Of a stretch of 64,000 nt of DNA, positions 27,231 to 39,700 are shown piece by piece (position 1 is the first letter of the stretch; each line of letters begins with the position of its first letter). A program made the translations under genes and the position numbers. A model generated the notes under the pieces. That model saw nothing but the letters and a program-made list of their open reading frames with translations. It had not been told where the DNA came from and did not search any database. Source of the DNA: Puccinia triticina (taxonomy: Eukaryota); the NCBI GenBank assembly GCA_026914245.1, contig CP110439.1, positions 2,294,001-2,358,000 on the forward strand, in the 5' to 3' direction.

Positions 27231-28433
27231 GTCGAGGAAGGGAAATGAGGTTGAGGTTCTGATGCTGTTGTTTTTGATGCGGTGGGTAATAGAATGGTTG
27301 AGTGCAGGAGGGAGCCAGAATGGGATAAAAGGCTTGGAAGATGCCTGGGCAGGTCGGGAGGGAAAGGGGGTAGGGGTTTGACAAGGTCCAGAATTTTGCT
27401 CAACAAAAGGACACTCATTGAGGAGGTGACCCGATGATTTGCAGCGGAAGCATTGTTGCTTCATGGCACTGACTCCTGTGGTCATTGCAGAAGCTCCATC
27501 TTCCGGGGATGCGTTCTGTGTTGCACGATCTTGCGAGACAGAAGCAGAATTGAACCTCACTCTCTGCATCCTGGCGTCCAGGGACTCGGTTGATTTGATT
27601 TGGTGGATTGCAGCTGACAGAGTCTTCCAGGTTTTTTCAAAGGAGATTGGCTGGTGATTGTTGAGGGAGATCTCAGCGTCAATTCGCCGATCAAATTTGA
27701 ACCAAAGGGCTTTCCCAGGGGAAACGTTCTCATGGATGATTAAGGGGAGGAGATCATCATAGAGAAAGGCACATCCCATACTGCTGATCTTGTCCAATAG
27801 AGCCTTCATCTCCGTCGCCACCCGTGCCGGATTTGTAGACATGTCCACCACGATCCTCTTGAGGTCCTGATAAACCAACATCATCCGCGCCTTCGTGAAA
27901 CCACTGAAACGCGCCTTGATTGCCTCTAGGATTTCCCACACCGTCTCAAGCTCTTGCAGCTTGCCCTTTATCGAGGAGTTGATGATCCCCAACACAATCC
28001 TGCGCCCAACGCTAACCATCCTCGGCCTAATGCATGGTCCACAAAAGAAATCCCGGTCGTCCAGAAAGTTTTGACCAATGGCGCTTAGCCCTTTTAACCA
28101 AAGCACATAGTTAGCACCGTCTGCACGGAGATAATTAGGGGAACCAAACTCTGATATCGCGTTCTGGACCAATCCATTGATAGATTTCTGTTTGGCCAAT
28201 AGAGACCAATCATCCTCCTCCCTTCTGTGCCTGCGGCCCGGTCCGGGAATGCAATGGAGCTGATCCCGGTGAGGAGGAAGTTCATTGCGCAGAGGTGGCT
28301 CTGGGTGTCGCTGACGACGGTCAACGTGTTGGTCATCCAGAATGGGTTCGTTGCGAAAGGATTGGTCATCATTGCCAAGAGAACCTGGTTTGTGTGCAGC
28401 GTTGCCAGAGCATGGAGAATGTTGAACAGGCAT
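27231..28433 (-). pseudogene. Copia gag
   Basis: LRADGANY motif and zinc knuckle CFRCKSSGHLLNEC. Probable start MPVQHSP at 28433; a frameshift follows the knuckle. Confidence 0.85.
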
Positions 28434-28988
28434 GTCAAAGGTGTTGATGGTGTGTATGAAAAGGTGGAATGGAAGTAGGATCAAAGGAATGGTAAAGAAT
28501 ATGGATGAAGAGGTTGAATAGTAATGGGAGAAGAAACGGAAGAAGGGGAAGTTTGAGGGGTTTTTATATGCGCATCTAATAAGAGTGTGGTTGGTGAAAC
28601 AAAAATGTGAATGGCATGCCACCAAAATAGCCGTCAAGCAAATAAGAGAAACCGCGGCCGTTGTGCTGAGTGTTAATAAATGCGGAAAGCACCATGGCAC
28701 CATTCCTGGCGATGCTTGAGTGATATGCTTTGTTGATAAGACTTTGTTATCCGAGAGTATAAGCCAGGTAGATGTTTTTGGTTAAGGTTCTGACCAGTAG
28801 AGATAAGAGAATTTAGTGCTAAAGGATGCAATCACTCGGCACACAGTGTGCGTGAAGCCCAAAAAACAGGAAATGATACGCAAAGTATTAAATATAACTA
28901 TGACAGTCACACAGACTAGATAAATAGGCCACACACGCGGAGATTTTCAAAAAAGGAATTTCTAATTATAACACTCCTCAGTCAAGAA

Positions 28989-28999
28989 GGCTCATAACC
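28989..28999 (-). promoter_or_regulatory. Copia primer-binding site GGTTATGAGCC
   Basis: Motif of the internal (half) tRNA-iMet type used by some Copia lineages. It abuts the 5' LTR once 29002-30194 is removed. Confidence 0.75.
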
Positions 29000-29001
29000 T
29001 A

Positions 29002-30194
29002 CACGGCGGGAGCAATTGAGGACAATCCAGCCTGTCCAGCCAACAGGCGGGCCGGATTGACGCCTAAATGACCCCAGGTGACGGCAAATTGCCTGATCAG
29101 GGCCCTGAAGACGATGCGCTGCCCCATCTCTGACCGCCAGGACGTGAGGTTGGACCCAACCCGGGAAAAACCACGTTCGCTTTGCTAGAGACTGGCAACA
29201 TGACCAAATATTATCGGTCATGATGCCAGACCTGTTGGGAGCTGCTCAACTTGGTCAGTTTCCCGGGAAGATGGTGGTCGGTCCTGTGCACAAGTCCTTG
29301 GGGAAACTTTGAACAGCAGGGCCGGTGAGGTCACCTGCTTCTTGACTTTGAGAGTCCAAAGGCATGCTCTTGTCCTCCCAAGTCTCAAGTCCCCCCCTCA
29401 TCCTTTCCATCCTTGCTCCTCGCTTCTCACTCCACCCTCCATCCCTCCTTGCTCCTCCATCCTCCCATCCTTGCTCCTCCTTCCATTGTCCCTCACTCCT
29501 TCCTCCATCCTTCCTTCTTGCTCCTCCCCCCATTGCTCCATTGTTCCTCTCTCCATTGTTCCTCGCTCCATTGTTCCTCGCTCCATTGTTCCTCGCTCCA
29601 TTGTTCCTTGCTCCATTGTTCCTCGCTCGCTCGCTCCTCCATTGCTTGCTCCTCCCTTGTCTCTTGCTCTTGTTTTGCTCTCTTTTTGTTTGCTGACGGC
29701 TTGTTATCGTGGATAATAAGCTCAAAACTTTTGTAATAGTAGTCTATATGTAATGTTTGTAGTTGTTAATCAGCTTGGTGTACATAGATATATTTTTGCT
29801 TGTTGAGTTTGCAAATAAAATCAATCTGCTAAAGTAAAAATAATTACCTTCCAATAAGACTGCCAATTGGGCTTGCGGCCTGTCTGGGTCTGAGCGCCAG
29901 TATTCTGCTGCCTATGACTGACCCTGGGGGTCGGTGTTTAAGGTTATGTCATGTGGGGGGCTCGTCCCAATGCCACCCATTCTGTCGTCCTCAAGACAGC
30001 CCTGGTTGTGTGGACAATCTGCTGGCTGTCATTGACACTGCTATTACACCGGCCATCCGACTGGTGTGCCTGCCGGCTCTTTGGCAGACATTGTGCGCCC
30101 CACCATCATGTTGTCAACCACTGGTGGGTCAAATGTACAGAGTCCTGAGTACAGGAAACCTCTGTCCTCCTGATGGCGAAACGCGCCCGCCGTG
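29002..30194. mobile_element. TA-flanked non-autonomous TIR element (Tc1/mariner-like)
   Basis: CACGGCGGG..CCCGCCGTG ends with TA on both sides; a 15-bp tandem CTCCATTGTTCCTCG lies at ~29535-29625. Confidence 0.8.
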
Positions 30195-30768
30195 TATTGG
30201 AGCAGAGAGAATGAATACAAATGATATTATCAATGAGTATGCTAAGAGAGGAAATACAAGGTATATATATATGTAGATACAACGGTCCAACCGTACACCA
30301 CGGGTGCAACAAAATATTTTGAAAACCAGTTTGATTGGTTTTCAGAATATTTTTTTTAATTGAGTCCAGACATCCTGAAGAACGAGTCGGACTAACCATT
30401 TTCAGATATTTTTGAAATATTTCTGGAACCACCTGAGGTGGTTTTAAAAATATTTTGGAAACCAATTTGGTTTGAAAAATATTTCCAGAACCATTTGGAA
30501 TGGTTTTTGAAACCATTTGGATGCTCCTTCTCTCACAGCACGGTTTTTGGGACCTTTTTGGCAACAGAATTTGTCCACAAACCAGATTCAGACCAATTTG
30601 GTTCTGACAACCACTATCCAATCAATTTGGTCTTGACAACCATCCCAAAAACTTTTGGTGCACCCGTGGTGTAGGAAGTGTAGTCGAGTCTTATGTAATA
30701 GTGTGTGAATACTATTACATAGTAGTATGGGGTAATCTACTTAGTTAGGATTACACTATGCTACAACA
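30195..30768 (-). repeat. Copia 5' LTR, interrupted by a MITE
   Basis: Matches 14311-14506. Confidence 0.88.
30296..30671. mobile_element. TA-flanked MITE
   Basis: TIR CACCACGGGTGCA(A/C)CAAAA with TA at 30294-30295 and 30672-30673; absent from the partner LTR. Confidence 0.9.
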
Positions 30769-31711
30769 GGCCTCACCACCCTCGAGCACATGGCCGTCAG
30801 CAAGTTTAAGGCCAAGCTCCTCCGACAGATCCTCCATGCCTTCCCCAATGCCCATCATCACCAGAATTCTATGCCCGTTGACTATTGCTCCCGGATACAG
30901 CAATGTCAGAAAAGCTTGCAGCCAGCTTTTGGACCACTGACGTATGGCTCCTGTACGTCAGGAATGCCATCAGAAGAAAAAAACCCAGTTTCTTTGTTTT
31001 CCACTTTGGGGCCTTGAGGGCCCCACCATTGGATTCCTGGAGCGATTTTACTTCAATCCGGCCCTTTGCCGCCCCTGCCTCCCTCGCCCCTTGCCCGGCC
31101 CGGCACCCATGTCAAGTGAAACCAGCTGCCCCAACGGGTTTTGTCTGCCTGTACAGTGAAGCTGTACAGGCCTGTGCCTGAAATGCACAAGTCATTTCAG
31201 CGACAAAATTTGGCAAGCTTTTCTGACATTGCTGTATCTACCTTCTTCTTCCGCAAAAAACTCCGCAGAATCATCCACACAATAATGACCCGAGTTCTAA
31301 CCCGAGACCCAACCCGCCCCGACCCGGACCCGATTTCATCACCAGCTCGGGCAGTGCTAACCTGAATCTGACCCGACCCGCCCCGACCCGCAATTATATC
31401 CGGGTCGGGTTCGGGCACTGTTTTCCGACCCGAACCCGACCCGGTTTCATCCCTAGGGTCCGGGAGTCATGACGGCGAGTACACCCGTCGGGTGGGGCCC
31501 GGGGTGGATTAAAATGCCCGGGTGTACCCCGCGAGTTCCAGCGCCATGCTCCGATCCAGCACACAAACAACCACCAGTCATCCTCCACCACAACCTCACA
31601 CCTTAACCCTGTGCCAAACGTCAGTAGCAATCTCCCCTTGAACCCTCGGAATCACAGTCTTCGCTTTAATTTCGTTCTCGCTTGTTCATTCAGACCCCAC
31701 CAAAGTTCGTC

Positions 31712-32066
31712 ATGGCCATCGCACCAATCACCGGAAAGCTCAGGAAGCGAATACTACTCGACCTCTCAGTCTCTTTAGGATTGGGAACCGCCGCTGCTTA
31801 CACTTGGTGGTAAGCTTCAGATTTGCTAAATCCAATCTCCAAAAAAAATGACTGATTTACTGTTACTGGTCCTTCTTTTGCTTTACTGAATAGGTATGGC
31901 TATCACGTCCCTAAAAGTAAGTTTATCGCTGGTTATTTTAGATTTTCCCCTTGTTAAGAACACCCCATGCCGATTTTTTCGTCCTCCTTTTTTTCTTTTC
32001 ACAGTGCGTCATCAACAGAACGTTTACGCTAGAATCAATTCTACGCGAGCCGAACAAGAGTCTTGA
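31712..32066 (+). CDS. COX9: Cytochrome c oxidase subunit 9 (yeast VIIa), 60 aa; exons 31712-31809, 31894-31916, 32005-32066
   Basis: Spliced product MAIAPITGKLRKRILLDLSVSLGLGTAAAYTWWYGYHVPKMRHQQNVYARINSTRAEQES resembles yeast Cox9 (IAPITG..WW.G.H). GT-AG introns keep the frame. The ORF track misses it. Confidence 0.93.
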
Positions 32067-32755
32067 TGGATACAGTGCCCTAATCCTCTCCTCTGTGACC
32101 CCGCGCCCGCCAAATGTTATTTTTTTGAAATTTCACCGCTAAGATGGTCGGCTTAATAGGACCCTACGCATGTGTGCTGTACATTGTTGGTCTCTACAGA
32201 GGTAGAGCAATCAAATGCCCCGGACAACTGCGTGTTGGCAACGAAGGGTAGTTACATTACGGATAACGGCAACGTAGCGGATTTTTAGCCATTATCGTTA
32301 CAGTTACACGTAAGAGCGGTGCGATACATTATCGCACCGCCATTATTATTGTTATTTTATCCTGTGGTGCACAGTAAAGAGTCAGTTTGAGTGCTGAAAT
32401 GGCCTTGGATGGCTTGTTATTGCATTATCCAAGCAATAAGTAGAGTAACGTCAGGGCACGTGGTGCGCAAAGTAAAGAGTCAATTTGAGTGCTAAAATGG
32501 CCTTGGATGGCTTATTATTGCATTATCCACGGCGTCGGAAAAAGACCTGGTCACGCTAACCAGATGGGAATTAAACGGCCAGTTACTCCTAACGTAATGG
32601 GAGGTGGTGGATACGTGGGTAGTAATTATTATGTTCTGCAAATAACACAAATAACACAATTAACCCAAAAGTTTGAATTATTTCCTCCAAGATTTAAAAC
32701 ACAAACACTCGGTGGCACATTACATATGGCATGGACAACAGTGAAACCAATACAA

Positions 32756-32956
32756 TAGGGGGGTTCACATTTGAAATTTACAAAACTTAAGGACACATTT
32801 TATGCTGTTCATGAACATTTTAAAAAAACTGATACATTGGACTGATTGATCAGTAACACCTGCTGCTGTGCATTTTATCAAAATTTTAAAAAGAAAATTT
32901 CAAAGGCCTTAAATTTAGCTCCAAATTTTGGTAAAATTCAATTGTGAACCCCCCTG
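32756..32956. mobile_element. Small MITE-like element
   Basis: GGGGGTTCACA(T/A)TTGAA inverted ends; TSD unclear. Confidence 0.6.
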
Positions 32957-33419
32957 ATACATGTAACAGTATTCATCAATTGTATCAATTTTTGTGGCCA
33001 ATACAGCCCAATACAATTACAGACCTACTTTGCGCAGCAGAGAAAAACTCTTTGCGCACAGAATGGACTGTCCCCTGACGTCGAGCCCGCTGTGCACGCA
33101 AGCCAAAAAATACTTCACACACAGCGACTTCCCCCGAAAGAAGGAGGGATTTTTTCAGGATTGTTTTTTTTGATGGGGGTCTTGCTTGCCCCCTCCAAAA
33201 AATCTTGGATTTTTTGAAGGTATCCTCCATCATGTAAATTTTTTTATAATATTAATCCAAGAAATAAGCTCCCCCTGCCCTGATAACCCACCCCGGGGAA
33301 TTTTGACCTGCCAAAACTTAAGCAGTTGGGTATGCAGCCCCTTGAAAAGAAAGTTCGAGGGGCAGCAGCTCTGGGTCCAGCTATGCCCCAGCCGCCGTGC
33401 CAATGGCCGGCATAGGCCA

Positions 33420-33940
33420 TTGAGCGGAGTTACACACTCCCCCGATGACCGGCCAGCACATGTATGCATGTGGCAGAAATTGCCGGTCATTGAGCTCCTC
33501 TCAATGAACGGGTCCGTGCCGGTCATTGAGTGGAGTACATACTTCCCTCAATGACCACGTCCGTTCCGGTCATTGAGGGGAGTGTTCACTCCTCTTGATG
33601 ACCGGAGCAATCGGGACATAAGGGGAGTGTTCACTCCTCTTGACGACCAGAGTAATCGGGACATCAAGGGGAGTGTTCACTCCTCTCAATGACCAGAGCA
33701 CTCGGGACATCAAGGGGAGTGTGTACTGCTCTCAATGACCGGAACGTCTTGGGCATTCTTGAGAGGAGTACGTACTCCTCTTGGTGACCTGGTTGCTCCG
33801 GTTGTTGAGAGGAGTGAACACTCCCCTGAATGACCGGACTGGACTCGGTCATTGAGGGAAGGATTTAGTCCTCTCAATGGACACCCTGTTCCGACCATTG
33901 AGAGGAGTACACACTCCCCTCGGTGACCCAATTTCTCCGG
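33420..33940. repeat. Two-hairpin minisatellite (family A), with a shorter related block at 34265-34410
   Basis: CAATGACC..GGTCATTGAG alternating with GGAGTGTTCACTCC, period ~46 bp. Confidence 0.8.
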
Positions 33941-36719
33941 TTGTTGATTAGATGAATCATAACCAAAGTGTCCTTGGATTTTTTTTAATAGTTTTTGCTA
34001 TATATTAAGCAGTCTCACAGAAACATCAGGGCTTGAATTATTTGGATTAATTAAAAAGACTTGTGCAATCCAATTTTTTTGCATGAAATTGATTTGAATG
34101 AGAAATATGGATTTGTTACATGCATGGGATGCAATGGAGTGGGTTTTCCTTAGCAGGGAATGGGAGATGCTTCACAACAGTCTACTTAGCCAGATTTAAA
34201 ATCATTTTTGCCTGTCTAATATGGCTAGCCTATCAAGGGGAGGGGTAATTGAAAGTGGCGGAATGGCCCTTGACCGGCCAGCACATGTATGCATGTGGCA
34301 GAAATTGCTGGTCATTGAGGGGGTGTTCACTCCTCTCAATGACTGGGTCCATTCTGGTCATTGAGGGGGTGTTCACTCCTCTTGATGACCGGGTCCGTTC
34401 CGGTCATCAAGAGCAGATTTATCTGTCTGGAGTTTGATCAATGTCACCGGGAGGAGGACCCCAGGGAGAAGCATTGGGAGTGGGCGCAGCAGGAATTGCC
34501 GGTTGTTCTGTGAAGGTACCACCTGCGCAGGGGCAAGGGGTTTGGTCAGAGGGGGCTGAAATTAACTAAGTCCCTCCTCTGCCTCCAAAGGAGGGACTTA
34601 CAAAAATTTATTTTTTTTTTGGGCATGTCAGGTTTGCTCAATGTACATGAACAGGCAAGAAGCCTGCACATCTATCAGCATTTTTTTTGTTATATATTAC
34701 CCCACCTTAATTGTTAAGAAATCGGCTGGAAAGAGGTTAAGACAGGGGTCCCTAGGAGCATTGTCTCACAGATTGCAATCCATTTGATGTCAGTGTCATC
34801 AAAAAAAAGCAAAATTGCTTTTCATCCTCTGTACATACACCTGTCAGAGCTATGGAAAAAAAAGACAGATGTGTCACTGTTTTTGCATCAAAGGAACTGT
34901 GTGTACTTCACTTTCTCAGGGTACCTGGCGGAGTGTCTCACATGTAAACTTCTGATGCTGGGTGGTACAGCCCCAAACTTTTGTGAGGTTGTAGGCCAAG
35001 TGTAGACCTTCATCACGGTCTTTATGGTGCCACAATAGCTATTGTTTTGAAAATACCACAATAGCTATTGTTTTGAAGAAGTTATTGCCACTTAGGATTT
35101 TCTCTGCAAAATCTGAAAAACTTGTCACACCAAAAATGTCCATTGATTCAGAAGTCCTTCCTTTGGAGGCGGGTGCAAATCCTGGCCCAGGAGGGACTTG
35201 TTTAGCTAAGTTTGGGAGGGGGCCTTCGACTTGCAAGCGGTATGGCAGGGGAAGGGATCATGCGACCTAGAGATGGCGGCTGATACCTGGGTACCCAAAA
35301 CAGGTGCAGGTACCCGGCTCAAAAATCCCAGAATCTCAATACCCGCACCCGTGCAGGGGGGCAGGGGCAAGTACCCGGGTACTTTTTGCAAGTAACCGTG
35401 GGTGCTGATGCCTTTTGAAGACTGTTGCATTGCTAAGAAGAAATATCATATATATATATAAATTTTACTCCTTCATTTTCTTGCAAATTTGCCTTGACTT
35501 TTTCTAATAGATTCTTTTGATTTTTGCTGCTTTGCCTTGTTCACCTTATTTGCCTTCCATTTATGCAACACTCCGGGTTTGATTACACCATTCTTTGAGT
35601 AAAAAGCCACGGCCATACCTTTTGTGACTGACGAAGGACTGAGCCGTCCCAAAGCTGAACAATTGTTTGATATTGATGGTTGTTGCTGTGGTACATGTAA
35701 GGCTTTTGGCAAAGCAAACCAGAAATCCAGGAGAGGGAAGCTTTACCAGGACAGCTTAAGACATCAAGGGCCATCTGCAGCAGACCCTTGTGATGATTCC
35801 CTGCACACCTTTGTTGCATCCACCATTTGAGGGGATTCACCGGCTGACCATCAGCCGTCAAAGCTAACTTTCCAGCAAGCCACATGTGAATTGGATTGCT
35901 TGATGTGTTACCTCCTCAAGCTTTTGAGGCACCAATCAAACCTGCAAGAACTCTTTTTTGGGGCTGTATTACAGCGAGGTATTCAGGTTAGCTCAAATTG
36001 GAATGGATGGAGTATGATATACATATCCCATGTACTCACCTTGGGACAAGAGATTGGTGGTTGTGAAGACAATGGCTGGTGAGATACAGGTTTGTAATAG
36101 GTTTCCCATATATCACGAGTGAGCCTGATCAATTCTTTGATCCATTCTGGTTGCCACTTAGGGAGCTTGAAGTAGTCATCTTTGAACAATGGATGCAGAA
36201 CTGTCACCAGGGGGGGGATGGTTGCACTCTCCAGAGAGTGCCAGATGGTAACTTCCTTCAGGAAGGCTGCCAGATGTGAGCTGTGCCTCAGTTTTAGCTC
36301 AGTCATGTGCTAGCTTGATTTTATGTTCAACTGATGTCATGATCAATCTCTGCTGGAGTCATGCTTGTATAATCTGATGAGTTAACATCACAGCATGAGG
36401 CTGTGGCACTTGAGATACTTCCAGGCTCATTTTCCTCTGTAACCATCAAAAATGCCATCTGTTGCAGCACTGAAATTCATGCTTAGTTGTGAGATTGCAA
36501 AAATTACTTCTTGGCAAGTACTCGGCACCCTTAGGGGAGTAATTCCAGGCTTACAACAAGTACTCATCTACGGGTGCCAGGATCTTGGGTTAAACAACAG
36601 GCAAGTATTTGGTACAAGTATTCACCATACAACTTTGACCTGTGGTTTGTCTTAATTTTTTGCCCTGCATTTGTTATGTTGAATTACACCTAATACAACA
36701 TTACGACTGCTGTGCTGCA

Positions 36720-39700
36720 AGTCAAATTGACCTCTGAGGCTCTGGTTGGAGGAATTCTACCAATTGCACAGCTCTGACTGGAGGAATGCCTCCAATCACA
36801 GATTGCCTCCTCAATTGTAGGGATTCCTCCAGTCAAAAAGGTGTACCACCTCTTTGACTGGAGGAATCCCTCTGGGCTGGCTGTGGAGGCATACCCCCTC
36901 GGCCAGAGGGATTCCCATCAAACAGCTATGTACATCTCTTTGACCAGAGGGATCCCTCTGGTCAAGCAGGTGTACATACCTCTTTGACTGGAGGAATCCC
37001 TGCGGTCAAGGAGCTGTACAAACCTCTGACTGTACAAATCAAACCCTCCTGTTGGATTTATGTACACCTCTTTGACCGGAGGAATCCCTTCAGTTGAGGA
37101 GGCTTACACACCTCTGACTGGAGGGATCAATCCCTGCTGTTGGATTTATGTACACCTTGTTGAGCGGAGGAATGCCTCCGGTCAAAGAGGGGAGTCCACT
37201 CAAAAGCTGGATATGATGTGACATGTTTGCCGGGAGGACCTCCCTTGCTGAGCTGAATAAGCTTGCCGAGATGCGGGACTGCCCCTAACAGGCCCTCTCA
37301 GCCCAGCAGGCCGGGAGGATGCCTCTTGGTGAGCTGAAATACCAGCTCGCCGGGATGACTCCTCCCAGTGAGCTGGATACAATATATGAATCCAGCTCGC
37401 CAAGAGAAATTGCCCCCGTGAGCTGGATACATGGGTATCCAGCTTGGTGGGGGAGGTACTCCTAGCGAGCTGGAGACCTTGCTTGCCAAGCTGGATATAT
37501 ATATATACCCAGCTCGCCAAGAGGACTCCTGGTGAGCTGGATACTTTTGTATCCAGCTTGCCGACAGGGCTCCTCCCAGAGAGCTGGATATAAGTATATT
37601 ATATCCAGCTCAGTGAGGAACGACATTTCCCATCATTTCCACCCTCACATTTGGGCAAACGTGAGGGAGGACATGTCAAGCATGGCTCCTTGTGACATTG
37701 CCTACATATGTCACAGGTGCAAATGCCGTCGCAGGGAGCCCTTGGATGGCAAGGTTGTACCGGCTATTCAAGGGAGTGTCTCCCCTCAATGGCCAGTACA
37801 ACTCAGCTATCAAGAGGAGTTCACACTCCCTTTGATGGCCGAGTTGTACCAGCCATCAAAGGGAGTGTGCACTTCTTTTGATGGCCGGTACAACCCAGGC
37901 ATTGAAAGGAGTGTGAACTCCTCTTTATGGCTGGTACAATGCGGCCATCAGAGGCAGATTCCCTTTGACAGATGGGCTTTACCGTCCATTGAAATGAGTC
38001 TACACTCCGTTCAATGGCTGGTACAACTCAGCCATTGGAGGGCTTCATTGGCGGATTTGCACCAGCCATCAAACAGGGTGTGTACTCACTTTGATGGATG
38101 GTACAGCTCGCCTGTTGAAGGGAGTCTGCCTCTGATGGCTGAGTTGTGCCAGCCCTCACAAGGAGCTTGGACTCCCGCTGATGGCTGAGTAGTACTGGCC
38201 ATTGGAGGGAGTACACACTCCTTTCAATGGTGAAACATCTTGGCCATCGGAGGGAGATTCCCTCCAATGGCCGGATGGTACCAGCCATTGAGGAAGACGT
38301 GTACTCGCCTCAATGACCGGTATAATGTTGAGAGTAACTGGGTGACACGAGACTAAGAGAGGTTGACAAGGTGTCAAGGACATGGTCCGAGCACAGTGAT
38401 CAGTCAACTTGTAATAATCATTCAGTGAGGAAGGATAACAGTAAGAAGAACAACTAGACTATATACATGTATAATATAGGCTAAGTTGTGGGTGTATAGG
38501 TTAAAAGCATACTACATAGGGAAATGCTAATACACTATCTCAACACACCCCCTTGCTGATAACTCTATACAGAACAAGTTCTACTTGTCCAACCTTCACA
38601 TACCCAGATCTTAAATGGCTTGGTTAGGCCAAAGGGGTTAGTCAAGACAAGCAGCTGTCAGTACATTCAACCACACTGAGAAAGGCAACAATTTTTATGA
38701 ACCAAGGTAGAGATCCATCCTACACAAGCAGCAGGGAAAAGCATTTTTCATCTAATATATCCAACATGTGGAGGGTAGGAATTACCTATAAGGCTAGACC
38801 GGAGTTGCCATTGCCAGAACGGTATTGCTGTGTATTGATGGTGTGGGGTTTGATCATCAAGAAACAGCCAAAAAAAATTAATCTGGTCACCTTGGGAAAG
38901 AAATGTTAAAAAAAATCACTTTAGCAGTAAACCAGAGTCACATGAGGCGGTTACACAGGCTAAGGAAGGGAAATAGTAAAAGAAATGAGTTGCTAGGGGC
39001 TACCAATGATCACTTGAAGCCACTGAGGATTGCTGGAGACCATCAAAAGTTGCTGGAGGCCGCCGAGGGTTGCTGAAGGCTATCGGAGGTTGCTGGAGGC
39101 CGCCGATAGTCGCTGCAGGCCGCAGAGGGTCGTTAGAGGCCACCGATGCTCTGGAAGCTTGAACAAGTCTGCAGACAGTTGATCGGGGTCGGAGAGAGGC
39201 AATCGAGGCTAGAGAGAGTCAATCAAGGCCAGAGGGAGTTAATCGAGGCGAGAGGGAGTTCCTGGCCGGCGTAGATGGCTCCTGGCAATCATGGACGGTC
39301 CGGGCGAGCTACGAGAATTCCTGATGATTTGGACGAGCTCCGAAGGGCCCTGGCGAGTTCGAGCGCACTCAGGTGAGTACCGATGAATCCTGAAAGGTTT
39401 TGAAGGGTTCCAACGGGTTCCAAAAGGTCTTGACGAGTTCAAACAAGTCCTGAGATGGACCAGACAAGATCCAATGAGCCCCGATGAGTACCAACAAATC
39501 CTGAAGGACCTTGACGAGTTTGAATGAACGGAAATGTTGCTCGAACAACTCCTGATGATCTCCAAAGACTTCAGACGGCAATTACGAGTTCCAAGAGCAA
39601 CCACGAGTCCGCGAGCGACAACAAGTCCCAACAAGTCCATGAGCAACAACGAGTCGGAAGCCGAGTAGTGCCGCAAACGGGGGGGAGGACGGGGGTTGAG

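Larger units (their letters stand above)
14311..30768 (-). mobile_element. Degenerate Ty1/Copia retrotransposon with multiple nested insertions
   Basis: Matching LTRs at 14311-14506 and 30195-30768; flanks CGCCT / GGCCT; PPT next to 14506; PBS at 28989-28999; gag-PR-IN-RT-RH order on the minus strand. Confidence 0.85.
13584..31455. mobile_element. Ac/Ds-type non-autonomous hAT (~1.4 kb of its own sequence) enclosing a nested Copia cluster
   Basis: TAGGGATGAAA at 13584 and TTTCATCCCTA ending at 31455; 8-bp TSD GGGTCCAG / GGGTCCGG; ACCCG/CGGGT subterminal repeats at both ends. Confidence 0.85.

Noticed and set aside
28434..28703. Hydrophobic N-terminal extension of the 506-aa gag ORF, resembling a signal or env segment
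   Set aside because: It is most likely a pyrimidine-rich 5' leader read in frame; gag plausibly starts at 28433.
29255..29736. RNNGA / MERGT repeat ORFs
   Set aside because: They are translations of a 15-bp tandem repeat and CT-rich low-complexity DNA.
30195..30768. Independent solo LTR
   Set aside because: It has no TSD of its own, and it pairs with 14311-14506 and the PBS at 28989.
37532..38188. 218-aa ORF
   Set aside because: It lies largely within a hairpin minisatellite.
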